Shown here: positions 32,771 through 44,509 of the stretch, piece by piece | Layout of the letters: each line of letters opens with the position of its first letter | How positions within the stretch are numbered: position 1 is the stretch's first letter | DNA from: an uncultured SAR86 cluster bacterium | Lineage (GTDB): Bacteria > Pseudomonadota > Gammaproteobacteria > Magnimaribacterales > D2472 | Length of the DNA: 48,552 nt | Assembly (NCBI GenBank): GCA_902511425.1 | Contig: CABXFE010000004.1 | Location: 1 to 48,552 of the forward strand | Direction of reading: 5' to 3' | The notes under the pieces: model-generated | The model's input: the letters and a program-made list of their open reading frames with translations, nothing else | What the model was told of the DNA's origin: nothing | The model's database searches: none | Translations under genes and position numbers: made by a program

Positions 32771-33691
32771 ATGTTTCTTAATACCGACTCAAAATTTATC
32801 TGGCTCAATGGAAGTTTTCAGCCATTCAATGAAACAAATATCCACCTTTTGTCTAACACGCTGCATTATGGGATGGGTGTTTTTGAGGGTGTGCGCGCAT
32901 ATGAGACATCAGATGGTGGTGCAATCTTTAGGTTAGATGATCATACCCAAAGACTGTTTGATGCTGCGTCAAAAATTAATATCTCCATTCCTTACTCGAT
33001 CAATGATTTATGTGAAGCACAGAAAGCAGCAATGATTAAAAATAATCTTAATGAGGGTTATATTCGCCCAATCGTTTTTTTAGGAAGTGAGTCAATGGGC
33101 TTGAGATCCCAAGATTTGCTTTCGGTCAATGTTGCAGTTGCCTGTTGGGAATGGCCGTCATATATGGATCCAGATGCAAAGAGGAATGGTATCTCTGTGG
33201 TCAAATCTCCATTTCAGCAGTATGACAATCCCCTATATTCAAATAATAAAATTATTGGTACATATGTTAATTCAATTATGGCAGTTAATGATGCAATCTC
33301 TAAAGGAGCGGAAGAGGCAATATTATTGGATAAAAATGGTTTTATCTCAGAGGGTAGTGGTGAGAACTTGTTTATAGTTAAAAACTCTAAGCTAATGACA
33401 CCAACAACAGATTATTGTTTGAATGGAATTACCAGACAAAGCGTCATCACCATTGCTCAAAATCTTCAATTAACGGTAGAAGAGAAGAATTTAACTTTTG
33501 ATGATTTATTATCTGCTGATGAGGCTTTCTATTCAGGCACTGCGGTTGAGATAACTCCAATAACTACTGTTGATGGGTCAAAAATTGGTAATGGTTCAAT
33601 TGGGCCAATGACCGATCAATTGCAGGGTAATTATTCCGACATAGTTTATGGACGTGATAAAAGTTATTCACACTGGCTAACTTCAATTTAG
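32771..33691 (+). CDS. ilvE: branched-chain amino acid aminotransferase
   Basis: LHYGMGVFEGVRAY, YIRP, SEGSGENLF, L.GITR, ADEAF.SGTAVEITP. Confidence 0.95.
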   Translation: MFLNTDSKFIWLNGSFQPFNETNIHLLSNTLHYGMGVFEGVRAYETSDGGAIFRLDDHTQRLFDAASKINISIPYSINDLCEAQKAAMIKNNLNEGYIRPIVFLGSESMGLRSQDLLSVNVAVACWEWPSYMDPDAKRNGISVVKSPFQQYDNPLYSNNKIIGTYVNSIMAVNDAISKGAEEAILLDKNGFISEGSGENLFIVKNSKLMTPTTDYCLNGITRQSVITIAQNLQLTVEEKNLTFDDLLSADEAFYSGTAVEITPITTVDGSKIGNGSIGPMTDQLQGNYSDIVYGRDKSYSHWLTSI

Positions 33692-33703
33692 CCTTAATTA
33701 AAA

Positions 33704-34948
33704 TTGAGTCAAAAATTAAATATTGCTATTTGTAGCTACCGAAGCGCACCTTTTGGAGGTGGCCAAGGCATATTTGTATTTGAGTTATCTAAGGCTTTGA
33801 ATCATTTAGGTCATCATGTGGATGTTATTTCGGGGCCTCCATACCCCAAACTTGAGAACAATATAAAGCTAATTAAGTCTCCAGGCTTAGATTTATTTAG
33901 CACTTTTAACTTTAAAGAAAGGCTAAAAATTTTTTTAGAAAAAAAGAATAAATCTTCAGATGATTGGTATGAATTTATTTCAGCATTGTTTGGAGGGTTT
34001 CCTGAATTAAAGACTTTTGGTAATAGGGCGAAAACTCTTCTCGATGAATCTTCATATGATATTGTCATTGATAATCAATCGCTTAGTTATGGGATGATCG
34101 AGGTTCAAAAAATTCTACCCTTGATAGAGATTATTCATCATCCAATCACAAAAGATTATCGTTATGATATTCAATTTTCAAAAGGCCTTATTCAAAAAAT
34201 ATCTAAATGGAGATGGTTTTCTTTCTTAAAAATGCAAAAAAGGGTCTCTCTGAGCTTAAAGGTAATTTCTACTCCATCACATAATTCAAAAAATGATATT
34301 GCAAAGGATTTTGGTGTGCTTGAAAAAAATATTTCAGTTATACCTAATGGCATCGATCATGCAAGTTTTACTCCCATGCAAGATATCAGGAGAGTTCCAG
34401 AGCAAATTATTACAACGGCCAGCGCAGATGTTCCACTTAAAGGTTTAGATTTTACTCTGCATGCTGTTGCCAGATTAAAAGAAGATTTTCCTCAATTAAA
34501 ATTAGTAATTATTGGTGCGCCTCGACCAGGTGGTCATACCGAGAGATTAATTAAAAGATTGCAAATCGATCAAAATATTTTATATAGATCAAATCTTACT
34601 AGACATGAGATCGCTGTTGAATATGCTAAAAGCAATGTTGCCATCGTGAGCTCTCTTTATGAAGGCTTTGGGTTTCCTGTTGGGGAAGCTATGTCTTGCG
34701 CAATACCACTTGTTGCAACCAATATCGCATCTATACCAGAAATAACCCATTCTTTTGCAGAACTTATTCCAGCTAAAAATTCTAATGCAATAGAGCTGGC
34801 TATCAGAAACATTTTTGCTAACCCCGAAACTTATCAATTAAAAGCAGATGAAGGCAGAAAGCATATAATAGAGAACTTTGATTGGCAAAAAATTGCAAAG
34901 TCTTACGAAGATTTAATATACAAAACAATAGATGAATTTCAATGTTAA
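33704..34948 (+). CDS. glycosyltransferase family 4 (GT-B)
   Basis: SYRSAPFGGGQG, SGPPYP, IPNGID, KGL, SLYEGFGFPVGEAM (EX7E). Confidence 0.92.
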   Translation: MSQKLNIAICSYRSAPFGGGQGIFVFELSKALNHLGHHVDVISGPPYPKLENNIKLIKSPGLDLFSTFNFKERLKIFLEKKNKSSDDWYEFISALFGGFPELKTFGNRAKTLLDESSYDIVIDNQSLSYGMIEVQKILPLIEIIHHPITKDYRYDIQFSKGLIQKISKWRWFSFLKMQKRVSLSLKVISTPSHNSKNDIAKDFGVLEKNISVIPNGIDHASFTPMQDIRRVPEQIITTASADVPLKGLDFTLHAVARLKEDFPQLKLVIIGAPRPGGHTERLIKRLQIDQNILYRSNLTRHEIAVEYAKSNVAIVSSLYEGFGFPVGEAMSCAIPLVATNIASIPEITHSFAELIPAKNSNAIELAIRNIFANPETYQLKADEGRKHIIENFDWQKIAKSYEDLIYKTIDEFQC

Positions 34949-35646
34949 CTTTTAGTTTAGATAAGATCGCTCTAAAGCCGCACTCAAAAGTTTTGGATGT
35001 AGGCTGTGGAGAGGGCCGTCATATATTTGGATCTTTGCATGAATATGTTGATGTTCACTGCGTTGGGCTGGACCAGGATATTCCGTCATTGAATAAATGT
35101 AAGGAAGGCTTTGAATTTTTTAAAGAGCTCAATTCTGGTTCTACTGTTTTTATGCAAGGCTCCGTATACAGCTTGCCATTTGATGATAATACTTTTGATC
35201 TTGTTATTTGTTCAGAGGTGCTAGAGCATCTTGATGATTACCATGCAGCAATTGATGAAATTTATAGAGTTTTAAAACCTAAGGGCAAATTTTTACCTAG
35301 TGTTCCATCATATTGGCCTGAAAAAATTTGCTGGTCTCTTTCGTCCGGTTATCAAAATATGCCTGGCGGTCATGTAAGAATCTTTAAAAAACGTCAAGTG
35401 ATCAATGAGATCTCGGATCACGGATTTAAATATGATTATTCTGAGAGGTTTCATGGTTTGCATAGTGCTTATTGGTGGTTACGATGTCTATTTTGGAGCA
35501 CTCAAGATTCAAACTATTTTGTAAGGATTTATAAAAAATTTCTTGAATATCACATCCTTCAAAGTCCCGCTTGGCTGAATCATTTTGAGAAAATTCTTAA
35601 TCCTATCTTTGGAAAAAGCATTGCATTTTATTTTGAAAAAAAATGA
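34942..35646 (+). CDS. class I SAM-dependent methyltransferase
   Basis: VLDVGCGEGRH, LPFDDNTFDLVICSEVLEH, RVLKP.G, GGHVRIF, H.LHS.YWWLRC; overlaps GT4 stop. Confidence 0.92.
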   Translation: MLTFSLDKIALKPHSKVLDVGCGEGRHIFGSLHEYVDVHCVGLDQDIPSLNKCKEGFEFFKELNSGSTVFMQGSVYSLPFDDNTFDLVICSEVLEHLDDYHAAIDEIYRVLKPKGKFLPSVPSYWPEKICWSLSSGYQNMPGGHVRIFKKRQVINEISDHGFKYDYSERFHGLHSAYWWLRCLFWSTQDSNYFVRIYKKFLEYHILQSPAWLNHFEKILNPIFGKSIAFYFEKK

Positions 35647-36686
35647 AAAAGTTCCCGAATACATCTCATATTGATCCCAGCTCTTTGGATGGGTTAAACC
35701 ATTTAGGTAAGTTTTTAGATGATGTTCAGTTTCTTTCTGGTGCCATTCCATCCAATCAAGATGGTTCACATGATCCTTGGGATCATCTTGAGGCTGTCAT
35801 GGGGCTATCTACTCTAGGCTATAAGAATCAAGCGCTTAATGGTCTTCATTGGATGGTTGCTAATCAAAATGAAGATGGTAGTTGGTACAACTTATATCAA
35901 GACGAAAAACCATTAGAGCTGAACAAACAGACCAATTATGCCTCATATATTGCGGTTGCTGTATGGCACTTTTACTTGCTTAATAATGATGTTAATTTTC
36001 TCCAAGACTTTTGGGAGCCAGTTAAAAAAGGTATTTTATTCACGCTTTCTCTTCAGCATAGAAATGGAGCAATTGCATGGAATATAGATAAGTCTAAAAA
36101 AATTGATGAAGATTATCTGCTAACTGGTTGTAGCTCTATTGCGAAAAGTCTTGAGTGCGCGATAGCAATTTGCCAAGTTTTGGAGCATAAGAGCTTTGAA
36201 TTAAAATGGAGGGATGCACATTTAAAATTAATAGTCGCGCTTGAAAATCCAGCAGAAATTTTTGATCTAAAAAAAGATCGCAGCAGGTTTTCAATGGACT
36301 GGTATTATCCTATTCTGGGCGGCATTAATTCAAAACATAGAATTACCTCTCTAGTTGAAATGATCAAAACTTCTTTTTGGATTAAAGGTCTTGGTATTAA
36401 ATGTGTTGCAGATGAGCCATGGGTGACTGTTGCAGAAACCAGTGAATGCTCTATTGCATTTAAAAAAATTGGGGAAGACAAGATTGCATTAGAGCTACTT
36501 CTTAATGCGATTGCTATAGTTGATGGGCAGGGCATACCTTATATGGGTTGGCAATTTGACGAAAATATTTATTGGCCTGAAGAAACGCCGTCATGGACAG
36601 CAGCAGCATGCATCCTTGCTGCTGATGCAAATCATCAACTGACCCCAAGCGCTAATTTATTTATTAAGCAACAATTTAAGTCTTAG
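35643..36686 (+). CDS. alpha/alpha-toroid protein (prenyltransferase/squalene-cyclase repeat or six-hairpin glycosidase-like), function unknown
   Basis: QW-like repeats (QNEDGSW, LQHRNGAI), DPWDHLEAVMGL, RFSMDWYYPILGG, PWVTVAETSE, SWTAAA; ATGA overlap with the methyltransferase. Confidence 0.75.
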   Translation: MKKFPNTSHIDPSSLDGLNHLGKFLDDVQFLSGAIPSNQDGSHDPWDHLEAVMGLSTLGYKNQALNGLHWMVANQNEDGSWYNLYQDEKPLELNKQTNYASYIAVAVWHFYLLNNDVNFLQDFWEPVKKGILFTLSLQHRNGAIAWNIDKSKKIDEDYLLTGCSSIAKSLECAIAICQVLEHKSFELKWRDAHLKLIVALENPAEIFDLKKDRSRFSMDWYYPILGGINSKHRITSLVEMIKTSFWIKGLGIKCVADEPWVTVAETSECSIAFKKIGEDKIALELLLNAIAIVDGQGIPYMGWQFDENIYWPEETPSWTAAACILAADANHQLTPSANLFIKQQFKS

Positions 36687-37281
36687 TTAAGCAAACAATC
36701 GTATCCACTCTTTCATGTAGCTGAAAACCTTCAGTTAAAGCTTTTTGATAGACTAGATAAGGTGCCTGCCCGCCTTCATCTGGCTTTTCATAAATGTCAT
36801 GAATCACCAATGCTCCATCAGGATGGAGTTTAGAGTGCCAATTGTCATAATCATTCATTGCAGACTTTTCGGTGTGACTGCCATCAATAAATAGGATCCC
36901 CAACTCTGTTCCCCATGAGGGCGCAATAAAATTTGCATTTGCAAGAATCGGCACCACCCACTTACTTTCTTCAAATTGTTGAAGGTTTGCTTGCATCAAG
37001 GGCACCGTATTAACTCTGCCCAATTTTTCATCATAAATTTCCGGATCAAAATACTCTTCACCTAGCTGATGCTCCTCTGATCCTGAATGATGGTCGACAG
37101 TATAAACAAGCTGGTTATGAATTAAACTTCCAGCTGCAAGGTATAGAGAAGACTTGGCGCCAAAGGTACCAATTTCTAGTGCAGGTCCATGACAAGAAAA
37201 CTCTTCTGCCCATTTTGTTAATGCTAAGCCCTCATGACTGGGCATGAAACCTTTGAGATTGTCTAATTGTTCAAAGTTCAT
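36676..37281 (-). CDS. Methyltransf_24-type SAM-dependent methyltransferase
   Basis: KGFMP..EG, LEIGTFGAKS, VDHHSGSEEHQ, LFIDGSH, VIHD. Confidence 0.88.
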   Translation of the reverse strand: MNFEQLDNLKGFMPSHEGLALTKWAEEFSCHGPALEIGTFGAKSSLYLAAGSLIHNQLVYTVDHHSGSEEHQLGEEYFDPEIYDEKLGRVNTVPLMQANLQQFEESKWVVPILANANFIAPSWGTELGILFIDGSHTEKSAMNDYDNWHSKLHPDGALVIHDIYEKPDEGGQAPYLVYQKALTEGFQLHERVDTIVCLTKT

Positions 37282-38137
37282 ATTGCTTATAAAAGTTTTT
37301 TCCTAAGGTTGATTTAAATCTTCTGTGACTCCAAAGATACTCAGCTGGATGCTGAAGAATCTTGTCTTCCATCAAGTCATTAATTTTCTGGGCTAATTCT
37401 ATTGAATTTAGCCCCATATGATAAATTAATTCTATCTCAAGCATCAATTTCTTATTTTTATAATATGAATTTATAAATAATAAATTTGAATTAGTTGCAT
37501 CAATAATTTTTTTTGTTGTCGTAATCGTGGCAGCTTCTTGGTTAAAAAATTTTAATTTAACAGAGTGATCCCATCCATAATCCTGATCTATTGCATACAT
37601 GACGTTTTTTCCAGCTTTAAGCCATTTCAAAAATTTACGTGGATTGTTTTTATCTGCAGTATCTTTCATGCTAGAAAGCCGGCCTTTATTTTGAATTTTA
37701 TTCATTGAAGGAGAATTATGTGCTCTGCTTACACCATACATCTCAGCATTCATAGCAAAAATACGAGCATCCAATTCTAAGTGTTGGGAGTGTTTGAAAA
37801 TGATTAAATTTCCATTAGTAGGGCCGTTGTTAGACAAAAAATCTATTCCAATTACCTCATAATCCATCTTGCTCTGTATTTTTTTATCTGACCAAAACCA
37901 AGCTATACCTGTTTCAATGAATGATCTGCCCAAGTGTAAAAAATTATTTTGTAAGAGTTTTTGTTGCTCAGTTTTTGACAGATTTGGAAAGCATGCTTCA
38001 ATATTTGCTTGAGCAATATTTTTCCTGCTCTTGGCTAAAATCAATAGGAGCTTGCCACAAAATTTTCCAATAGTTGGATGCCATGAAATTGGTAGATGGC
38101 AAAGACCTTGCCAAAATGTCATCATTAACTTTATCAA
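37271..38137 (-). CDS. lpxL: lipid A late acyltransferase (LpxL/HtrB family)
   Basis: NI..CFP, ETG.AWF, H-x4-E, DQDYG, FFN..A.T, P.EYLWSHRRFKS; divergent from waaA. Confidence 0.88.
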   Translation of the reverse strand: MIKLMMTFWQGLCHLPISWHPTIGKFCGKLLLILAKSRKNIAQANIEACFPNLSKTEQQKLLQNNFLHLGRSFIETGIAWFWSDKKIQSKMDYEVIGIDFLSNNGPTNGNLIIFKHSQHLELDARIFAMNAEMYGVSRAHNSPSMNKIQNKGRLSSMKDTADKNNPRKFLKWLKAGKNVMYAIDQDYGWDHSVKLKFFNQEAATITTTKKIIDATNSNLLFINSYYKNKKLMLEIELIYHMGLNSIELAQKINDLMEDKILQHPAEYLWSHRRFKSTLGKNFYKQYEL

Positions 38138-38198
38138 TATTATGAGTGCTTAAAAATTAAAGAATGTATTATTACATTAATTTAAATATACCTTGGAT

Positions 38199-39769
<1,571 letters not shown>

Positions 39770-39775
39770 AAGTAT

Positions 39776-40729
39776 TTGAAGCTGAATAAGAAACCTATAA
39801 TATTTCTCCTCGGCCCAACTGCATCTGGAAAGACTGACTGGGCAATTAATTGGCAAAATGAATTTGAAGCTCTAGAAATCATAAGTGTAGACTCTGTTAT
39901 GGTTTACAGGGAATGTAATGTTGGGTCTGCCAAGCCTTCAGACACTATCTTAAAAAAACACCCTCATCATCTAGTCAATCATGTTTCTTTGGATTCTATA
40001 TTTTCTGTTGCAGATTTTTATGATTCAGCTCTAAGGTTAATTGATGACATTCACGCAAGAAACAAGATTCCATTAATGGTTGGAGGCAGCATGATGTACT
40101 TCAGTCTTTTGAAAAAAGGAATCAGCAATCTTCCTTCAGCTGATCTGAAATTACGTGATGAGTTAGAGCAAAAAATTCTTATAAATGGAATAGATGCTCT
40201 GCATGCAGATCTAATCAAGCTTGACCCTGAGGCAGGTCAAAATATTGATCCTCATGACTCACAAAGAATTATAAGAGCAATTGAGATTATCATTTCAACA
40301 AACATGAGCTTGAATGAAAACCTATCATCAGAAAAAAGCAGCGCATTAAAAGAAAAATATACATTAATAGAGTTTGGGATTTTTCCTCAAGAAAGATCAA
40401 TGCTTCATGAAAGAATAGAATCTAGACAAGAGACTTTAGTTGGAGACAAATTACTTGAGGAAATAGTAAATATTCAAAATAGTTTTGATATTTCTGCCGA
40501 GCATCCTGCAATGAAAGCCATAAATTATAGGCAAGGATTGCAAGTAGTTGAGGGGAAGCTAGAAAAATCTGAATTATTTGAAAAGTCTCTTTTTGCTACA
40601 CGTCAATTTGCAAAAAGACAGTGTACTTGGATGAGAGGATGGGAGAATTTGATATATTTTGATCTTCATCAGCGAGAAGAAGCAGCTGAGCAACTAAAAA
40701 AGCAATTTAATTTGCTTGAAATTGTTTAA
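39776..40729 (+). CDS. miaA: tRNA dimethylallyltransferase
   Basis: GPTASGKT, IISVDS.MVYR, GSAKP, PHHL, VGGS..Y, D.QRI.RA.E, TRQFAKRQ.TW. Confidence 0.96.
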   Translation: MKLNKKPIIFLLGPTASGKTDWAINWQNEFEALEIISVDSVMVYRECNVGSAKPSDTILKKHPHHLVNHVSLDSIFSVADFYDSALRLIDDIHARNKIPLMVGGSMMYFSLLKKGISNLPSADLKLRDELEQKILINGIDALHADLIKLDPEAGQNIDPHDSQRIIRAIEIIISTNMSLNENLSSEKSSALKEKYTLIEFGIFPQERSMLHERIESRQETLVGDKLLEEIVNIQNSFDISAEHPAMKAINYRQGLQVVEGKLEKSELFEKSLFATRQFAKRQCTWMRGWENLIYFDLHQREEAAEQLKKQFNLLEIV

Positions 40730-40789
40730 TTCTCAAGATTTACCCCCAAATTAAATTTATAATAAAACTTTACAACAATAGGTATCTAC

Positions 40790-41827
40790 GTGAATTGGGA
40801 TAATCAAAATAATCAAGACCCTTGGGGCAGAAAAGATCAAGACGAAGTTTCGTTCGATGACTTAATAAAAAAGTTTTCTGTAATGTTTGGAAAGCAAGGC
40901 TCTGGCTCCAACGGATCTTCTGGCGGAAGTGGGTTTAATTTTCCAACAAAAAAAGCTTTTTTGTATGGTTTTTTTGGGCTACTAGTTATTTATGCGAGCA
41001 TGTCTATATACCAGTTGGATTCTCCGGAAAGAGCAGTTGTTTTAAGGTTCGGTGAGTATCATGCTGAGACGGGAGAGGGTTTAAACTTTATGTTGGCTGG
41101 CATTGATGAAAGGTATGTCGAAAATGTTGCACTCACCAGACGTTACTCACAAACAGCAAATATGCTTACCAAGGACGAGAATCTCGTTGATGTTACTATT
41201 TCAGTTCAGTATCGAATTAAAAATTTAAAAGATTTTGTATTAAATGTCCGTGATCCCGAAAGCAGCTTAAGGGAGGCTACTGAAAGCTCTTTGCGTCATG
41301 TTGTTGGGGATAACACCCTTGAGGAAACCCTTACAACTGGTCGTGAAATGATTGCACAAGATGTTAATGCAAGACTTCAAAGTTATCTAGATTTATACGC
41401 AACCGGGCTTGTAGTGCAACAGGTCAATATAGAAAAAACTGATCCACCTTCAGCTGTAAAAGCTTCTTTTGATGATGTTGTTGCAGCAAGAGAGGATAAA
41501 GAAAAATTACAAAATGAAGCAGATCGATACGGGCTTTCTATTGTCCCAGAAGCAAGAGGACAAGCATTTGCTAGAATCCAGGCAGCTGAAGCATACAGAG
41601 AAGAGGTTGTAGCTAACGCAGAGGGTGAAGCGGTCAGATTTGATAAGTTACTAGCTGAGTATCAAAAAGCACCGAAAGTTACTCGAGATAGGCTATATCT
41701 TGATGCTTTACAAGGACTTTACAGTAATTCAACAAAAGTTTTGATGGATGTGGAAGGGGGTAATAATCTTATGTATCTTCCATTGGATAAAATTCTTGAA
41801 CAAAACAGATCACAGGAGGAAGACTAA
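40790..41827 (+). CDS. hflK: FtsH modulator HflK
   Basis: NQDPWG N-terminus, VVLRFG, MLTKDEN.V, SFDDV, APKVTRDRLYLD, NNLMYLPLDK. Confidence 0.96.
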   Translation: MNWDNQNNQDPWGRKDQDEVSFDDLIKKFSVMFGKQGSGSNGSSGGSGFNFPTKKAFLYGFFGLLVIYASMSIYQLDSPERAVVLRFGEYHAETGEGLNFMLAGIDERYVENVALTRRYSQTANMLTKDENLVDVTISVQYRIKNLKDFVLNVRDPESSLREATESSLRHVVGDNTLEETLTTGREMIAQDVNARLQSYLDLYATGLVVQQVNIEKTDPPSAVKASFDDVVAAREDKEKLQNEADRYGLSIVPEARGQAFARIQAAEAYREEVVANAEGEAVRFDKLLAEYQKAPKVTRDRLYLDALQGLYSNSTKVLMDVEGGNNLMYLPLDKILEQNRSQEED

Positions 41828-42696
41828 TGACTAAAGGAATGAATCTCTTAGTTCTTGCAGGACTTATTCTTGCGCTAATACTTAATAGCTTATTTGTTAT
41901 TGATGAAAAAGAAGATGGAATAGTTTTCCAATTTGGTGAAGCTATTAAATCTGATCTTCCAACTGGCTTAAATTTTAAATTGCCAATTATCCAGAATGTA
42001 AAAAAATATGATTCAAGGTTGCAGACTCTTGATGAAGAGCCAAATAGAATATTAACAGTTGAGAGTAAATATCTTATTGTTGACTCGTTTGTAAAATATC
42101 GAATTACGAATGTTCGAACCTTTTATGATGCAACTAGCGGAAGTTTTATTAACTTGAATAATTTGCTCGGACAAAGAACTGCGTTTGAACTGAAAAATCA
42201 ATTTGGTCGAAGAACAGTAACTGAATTAGTTTCAGGAGAAAGAGACCAGTTGATGAGCGACATGCGAGAAAATTTAGGAAATTCTGTATCTGATCTAGGT
42301 ATCGAGATTATTGATTTTAGAGTTAAAAGAATTGATTTGCCGCCTGAACTAAGTAACTCTGTTTATGAAAGGATGCGCTCTGAAAGAAACAGGTTAGCTG
42401 AAGAATTACGTGCTGAAGGAAATGAGCTTTCTAATGAAATCCGTTCAACTGCAGACAAAGAAAGAGTTATTATTCTTGCAGAAGCTTATAAAACTTCTGA
42501 AGAAATAAGAGGAGAGGGTGATGCTACAGCAGCAGCAATCTATGCAGAATCATTCTCGAGAGATCCAGAATTTTATGAGTTTACTCGTAGCATGAAAGCT
42601 TATGATGCAACTTTTAATAATAAGTCAGATGTTTTGGTTATCGATCCTAAGTCTGATTTCTTCAAATACCTCAATCAGTCAAAAGGCAATAACTAA
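41827..42696 (+). CDS. hflC: FtsH modulator HflC
   Basis: QFGE, GL.FK.P, D.R.KRIDLP, VYERMRSER, RGEGDA.A, DPEFYEF.RS. Confidence 0.96.
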   Translation: MTKGMNLLVLAGLILALILNSLFVIDEKEDGIVFQFGEAIKSDLPTGLNFKLPIIQNVKKYDSRLQTLDEEPNRILTVESKYLIVDSFVKYRITNVRTFYDATSGSFINLNNLLGQRTAFELKNQFGRRTVTELVSGERDQLMSDMRENLGNSVSDLGIEIIDFRVKRIDLPPELSNSVYERMRSERNRLAEELRAEGNELSNEIRSTADKERVIILAEAYKTSEEIRGEGDATAAAIYAESFSRDPEFYEFTRSMKAYDATFNNKSDVLVIDPKSDFFKYLNQSKGNN

Positions 42697-42702
42697 TATC
42701 CA

Positions 42703-43926
42703 ATGAGCAATAACACCCTTATCTTGGGCTTGCAGTGGGGTGATGAAGGGAAAGGAAAAATTGTAGATGCTTTGGCAGAAAGTTCTGAGGCAGTATGTCG
42801 ATTTCAAGGCGGTCATAACGCAGGGCACACACTTAAAGTTGATGGCGAGCAAAAAGTCCTGCATCTAGTCCCATCTGGCATTCTTCATCCTTCAGTTCAT
42901 TGTGTCTTGGGTAATGGTCTTGTTTTATCTCTTCCAGCTCTAGCTAAAGAAATTAAGGAATTGCAAGAGAGCAATATTAGTTTTAAAGATCGTTTTTATG
43001 TCAGTGAAGATTGCTCATTAATTCTGCCTACCCACATAGCTATTGATCAGGTTCGAGATAAAGAAGAGGGCATTGGGACAACCGGTAGAGGAATTGGCCC
43101 GGCATATGAAGATAAGATTGCTAGACGTGCAGTGCGTTTTGGAGATTTAAAAAATCTTGAAGAGCTCAAGATAAAATTATCAACATTGGTTAAGTATCAC
43201 AATCAAATTTTACAGAATTTATATAATGCTAAACCTATAGCGTTCGAGGATGTTTTAGAAGAGCTGACTAGCAACATAGACCTTTATAATAAATATCATT
43301 GCAAAACTCAGGATCTCCTTAAACTGTGGGTAAAACAGGGCAAGAGCATTCTTTTTGAAGGTGCACAGGGTTCTATGCTAGACATTGATCATGGAACCTA
43401 TCCATATGTTACCTCTTCAAGCACTACTGCAGGTGGTTTATCCTCTGGGTTGGGAGTGGGCCCGCGACATATTGATTCCATTTTGGGTATTACCAAGGCA
43501 TATACTACTCGAGTTGGTGAAGGGCCTTTTGCTACTGAGTTATTTGATTCCAACGCAGAGCAACTGGCAAAGACTGGGCATGAATTTGGTGCAACAACTG
43601 GTCGCCCAAGAAGATGTGGATGGTTGGATTTGAAAGCGTTAGAAACCATTGTTTTTATAAACTCTGTTAGCAATCTATGCATCACAAAATTAGACGTTCT
43701 AGATAACTTTGATGAAATCAAAGTGTGCATTGATTATGATCAAAATCAGCAGCCAATCTATAAAACATTCTCCGGCTGGAATCAGGACACATCAGTGGCT
43801 AGGTCTTTTAACGATTTACCAAAAGCTGCTCAGGACTATATACTATTTATTGAGGAGACTTTGGATTGTCCCGTTGGCATAGTTTCAGTGGGACCATCAA
43901 GAGATCAAACAATTTATAGAGATTAG
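42703..43926 (+). CDS. purA: adenylosuccinate synthetase
   Basis: QWGDEGKGK, GGHNAGHT, IGTTGRGIGPAY, EGAQG, GTYPYVTSS, EFGATTGRPRRCGWLD. Confidence 0.98.
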   Translation: MSNNTLILGLQWGDEGKGKIVDALAESSEAVCRFQGGHNAGHTLKVDGEQKVLHLVPSGILHPSVHCVLGNGLVLSLPALAKEIKELQESNISFKDRFYVSEDCSLILPTHIAIDQVRDKEEGIGTTGRGIGPAYEDKIARRAVRFGDLKNLEELKIKLSTLVKYHNQILQNLYNAKPIAFEDVLEELTSNIDLYNKYHCKTQDLLKLWVKQGKSILFEGAQGSMLDIDHGTYPYVTSSSTTAGGLSSGLGVGPRHIDSILGITKAYTTRVGEGPFATELFDSNAEQLAKTGHEFGATTGRPRRCGWLDLKALETIVFINSVSNLCITKLDVLDNFDEIKVCIDYDQNQQPIYKTFSGWNQDTSVARSFNDLPKAAQDYILFIEETLDCPVGIVSVGPSRDQTIYRD

Positions 43927-43960
43927 ATTTATCAATTCTGGAGAGATATGAGAAACCTTC

Positions 43961-44509
43961 TTACTTCGCTCGTTCTGCTTTTATTTCCTCAAAGAATTTG
44001 TCGAATGCAAAAAATCTATCTCTATTTTTTAAATCTAATGTTGCTGGTAAAGCAGACATAGTCCAGGGCAAACCAAGCCTCATCACCAATGGAGCAACTC
44101 CTCCAGAACCAATTGCTCTTGGGGGAACCAGTGCATCATCAGTTTCCAAGAAAATGACGTTTTTGTGGCCGTAATGATTTCCAGGATTTGGATCAACTTG
44201 AGTCCATTCCCACCCTAAGAAACTCACCAAATCATCTGTACCCTCTGATAGATTATTGCATTGCTGAATACTTTTTTTTGTGTCAAGCCATTTTCTTGGA
44301 GTGCTTGCTTCAGCATGATCATTGATAGACCAAAAATCTAAAGCTGAACAAAATCTTGCGTAATCACACGCGTCAGCTAATGGAGAAGCTCCCTTACCAT
44401 TCATAAATGGTAGAGACCACATAAAAGCATCAGTTGAATAAGTTGTGTGTACATGAAGATCGCCAAAGAGGATTTGCTTTTCATCCAGAACCTCTAATTC
44501 TGATTTCAC
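43961..44509 (-). CDS. inverted N-terminal fragment of the DUF3604 protein
   Basis: KQILFGDLHVHTTYSTDAF, LDFWSINDHAE, FLGWEWTQ, HYGHKNVIF. Confidence 0.7.
   Translation of the reverse strand: MKSELEVLDEKQILFGDLHVHTTYSTDAFMWSLPFMNGKGASPLADACDYARFCSALDFWSINDHAEASTPRKWLDTKKSIQQCNNLSEGTDDLVSFLGWEWTQVDPNPGNHYGHKNVIFLETDDALVPPRAIGSGGVAPLVMRLGLPWTMSALPATLDLKNRDRFFAFDKFFEEIKAERAK

Noticed and set aside
43975-43990. Programmed +1 frameshift (CTT-T) rescuing the DUF3604 signal peptide after re-inversion
   Set aside because: No adjacent stop codon or internal SD as in prfB; deletion at the junction is simpler
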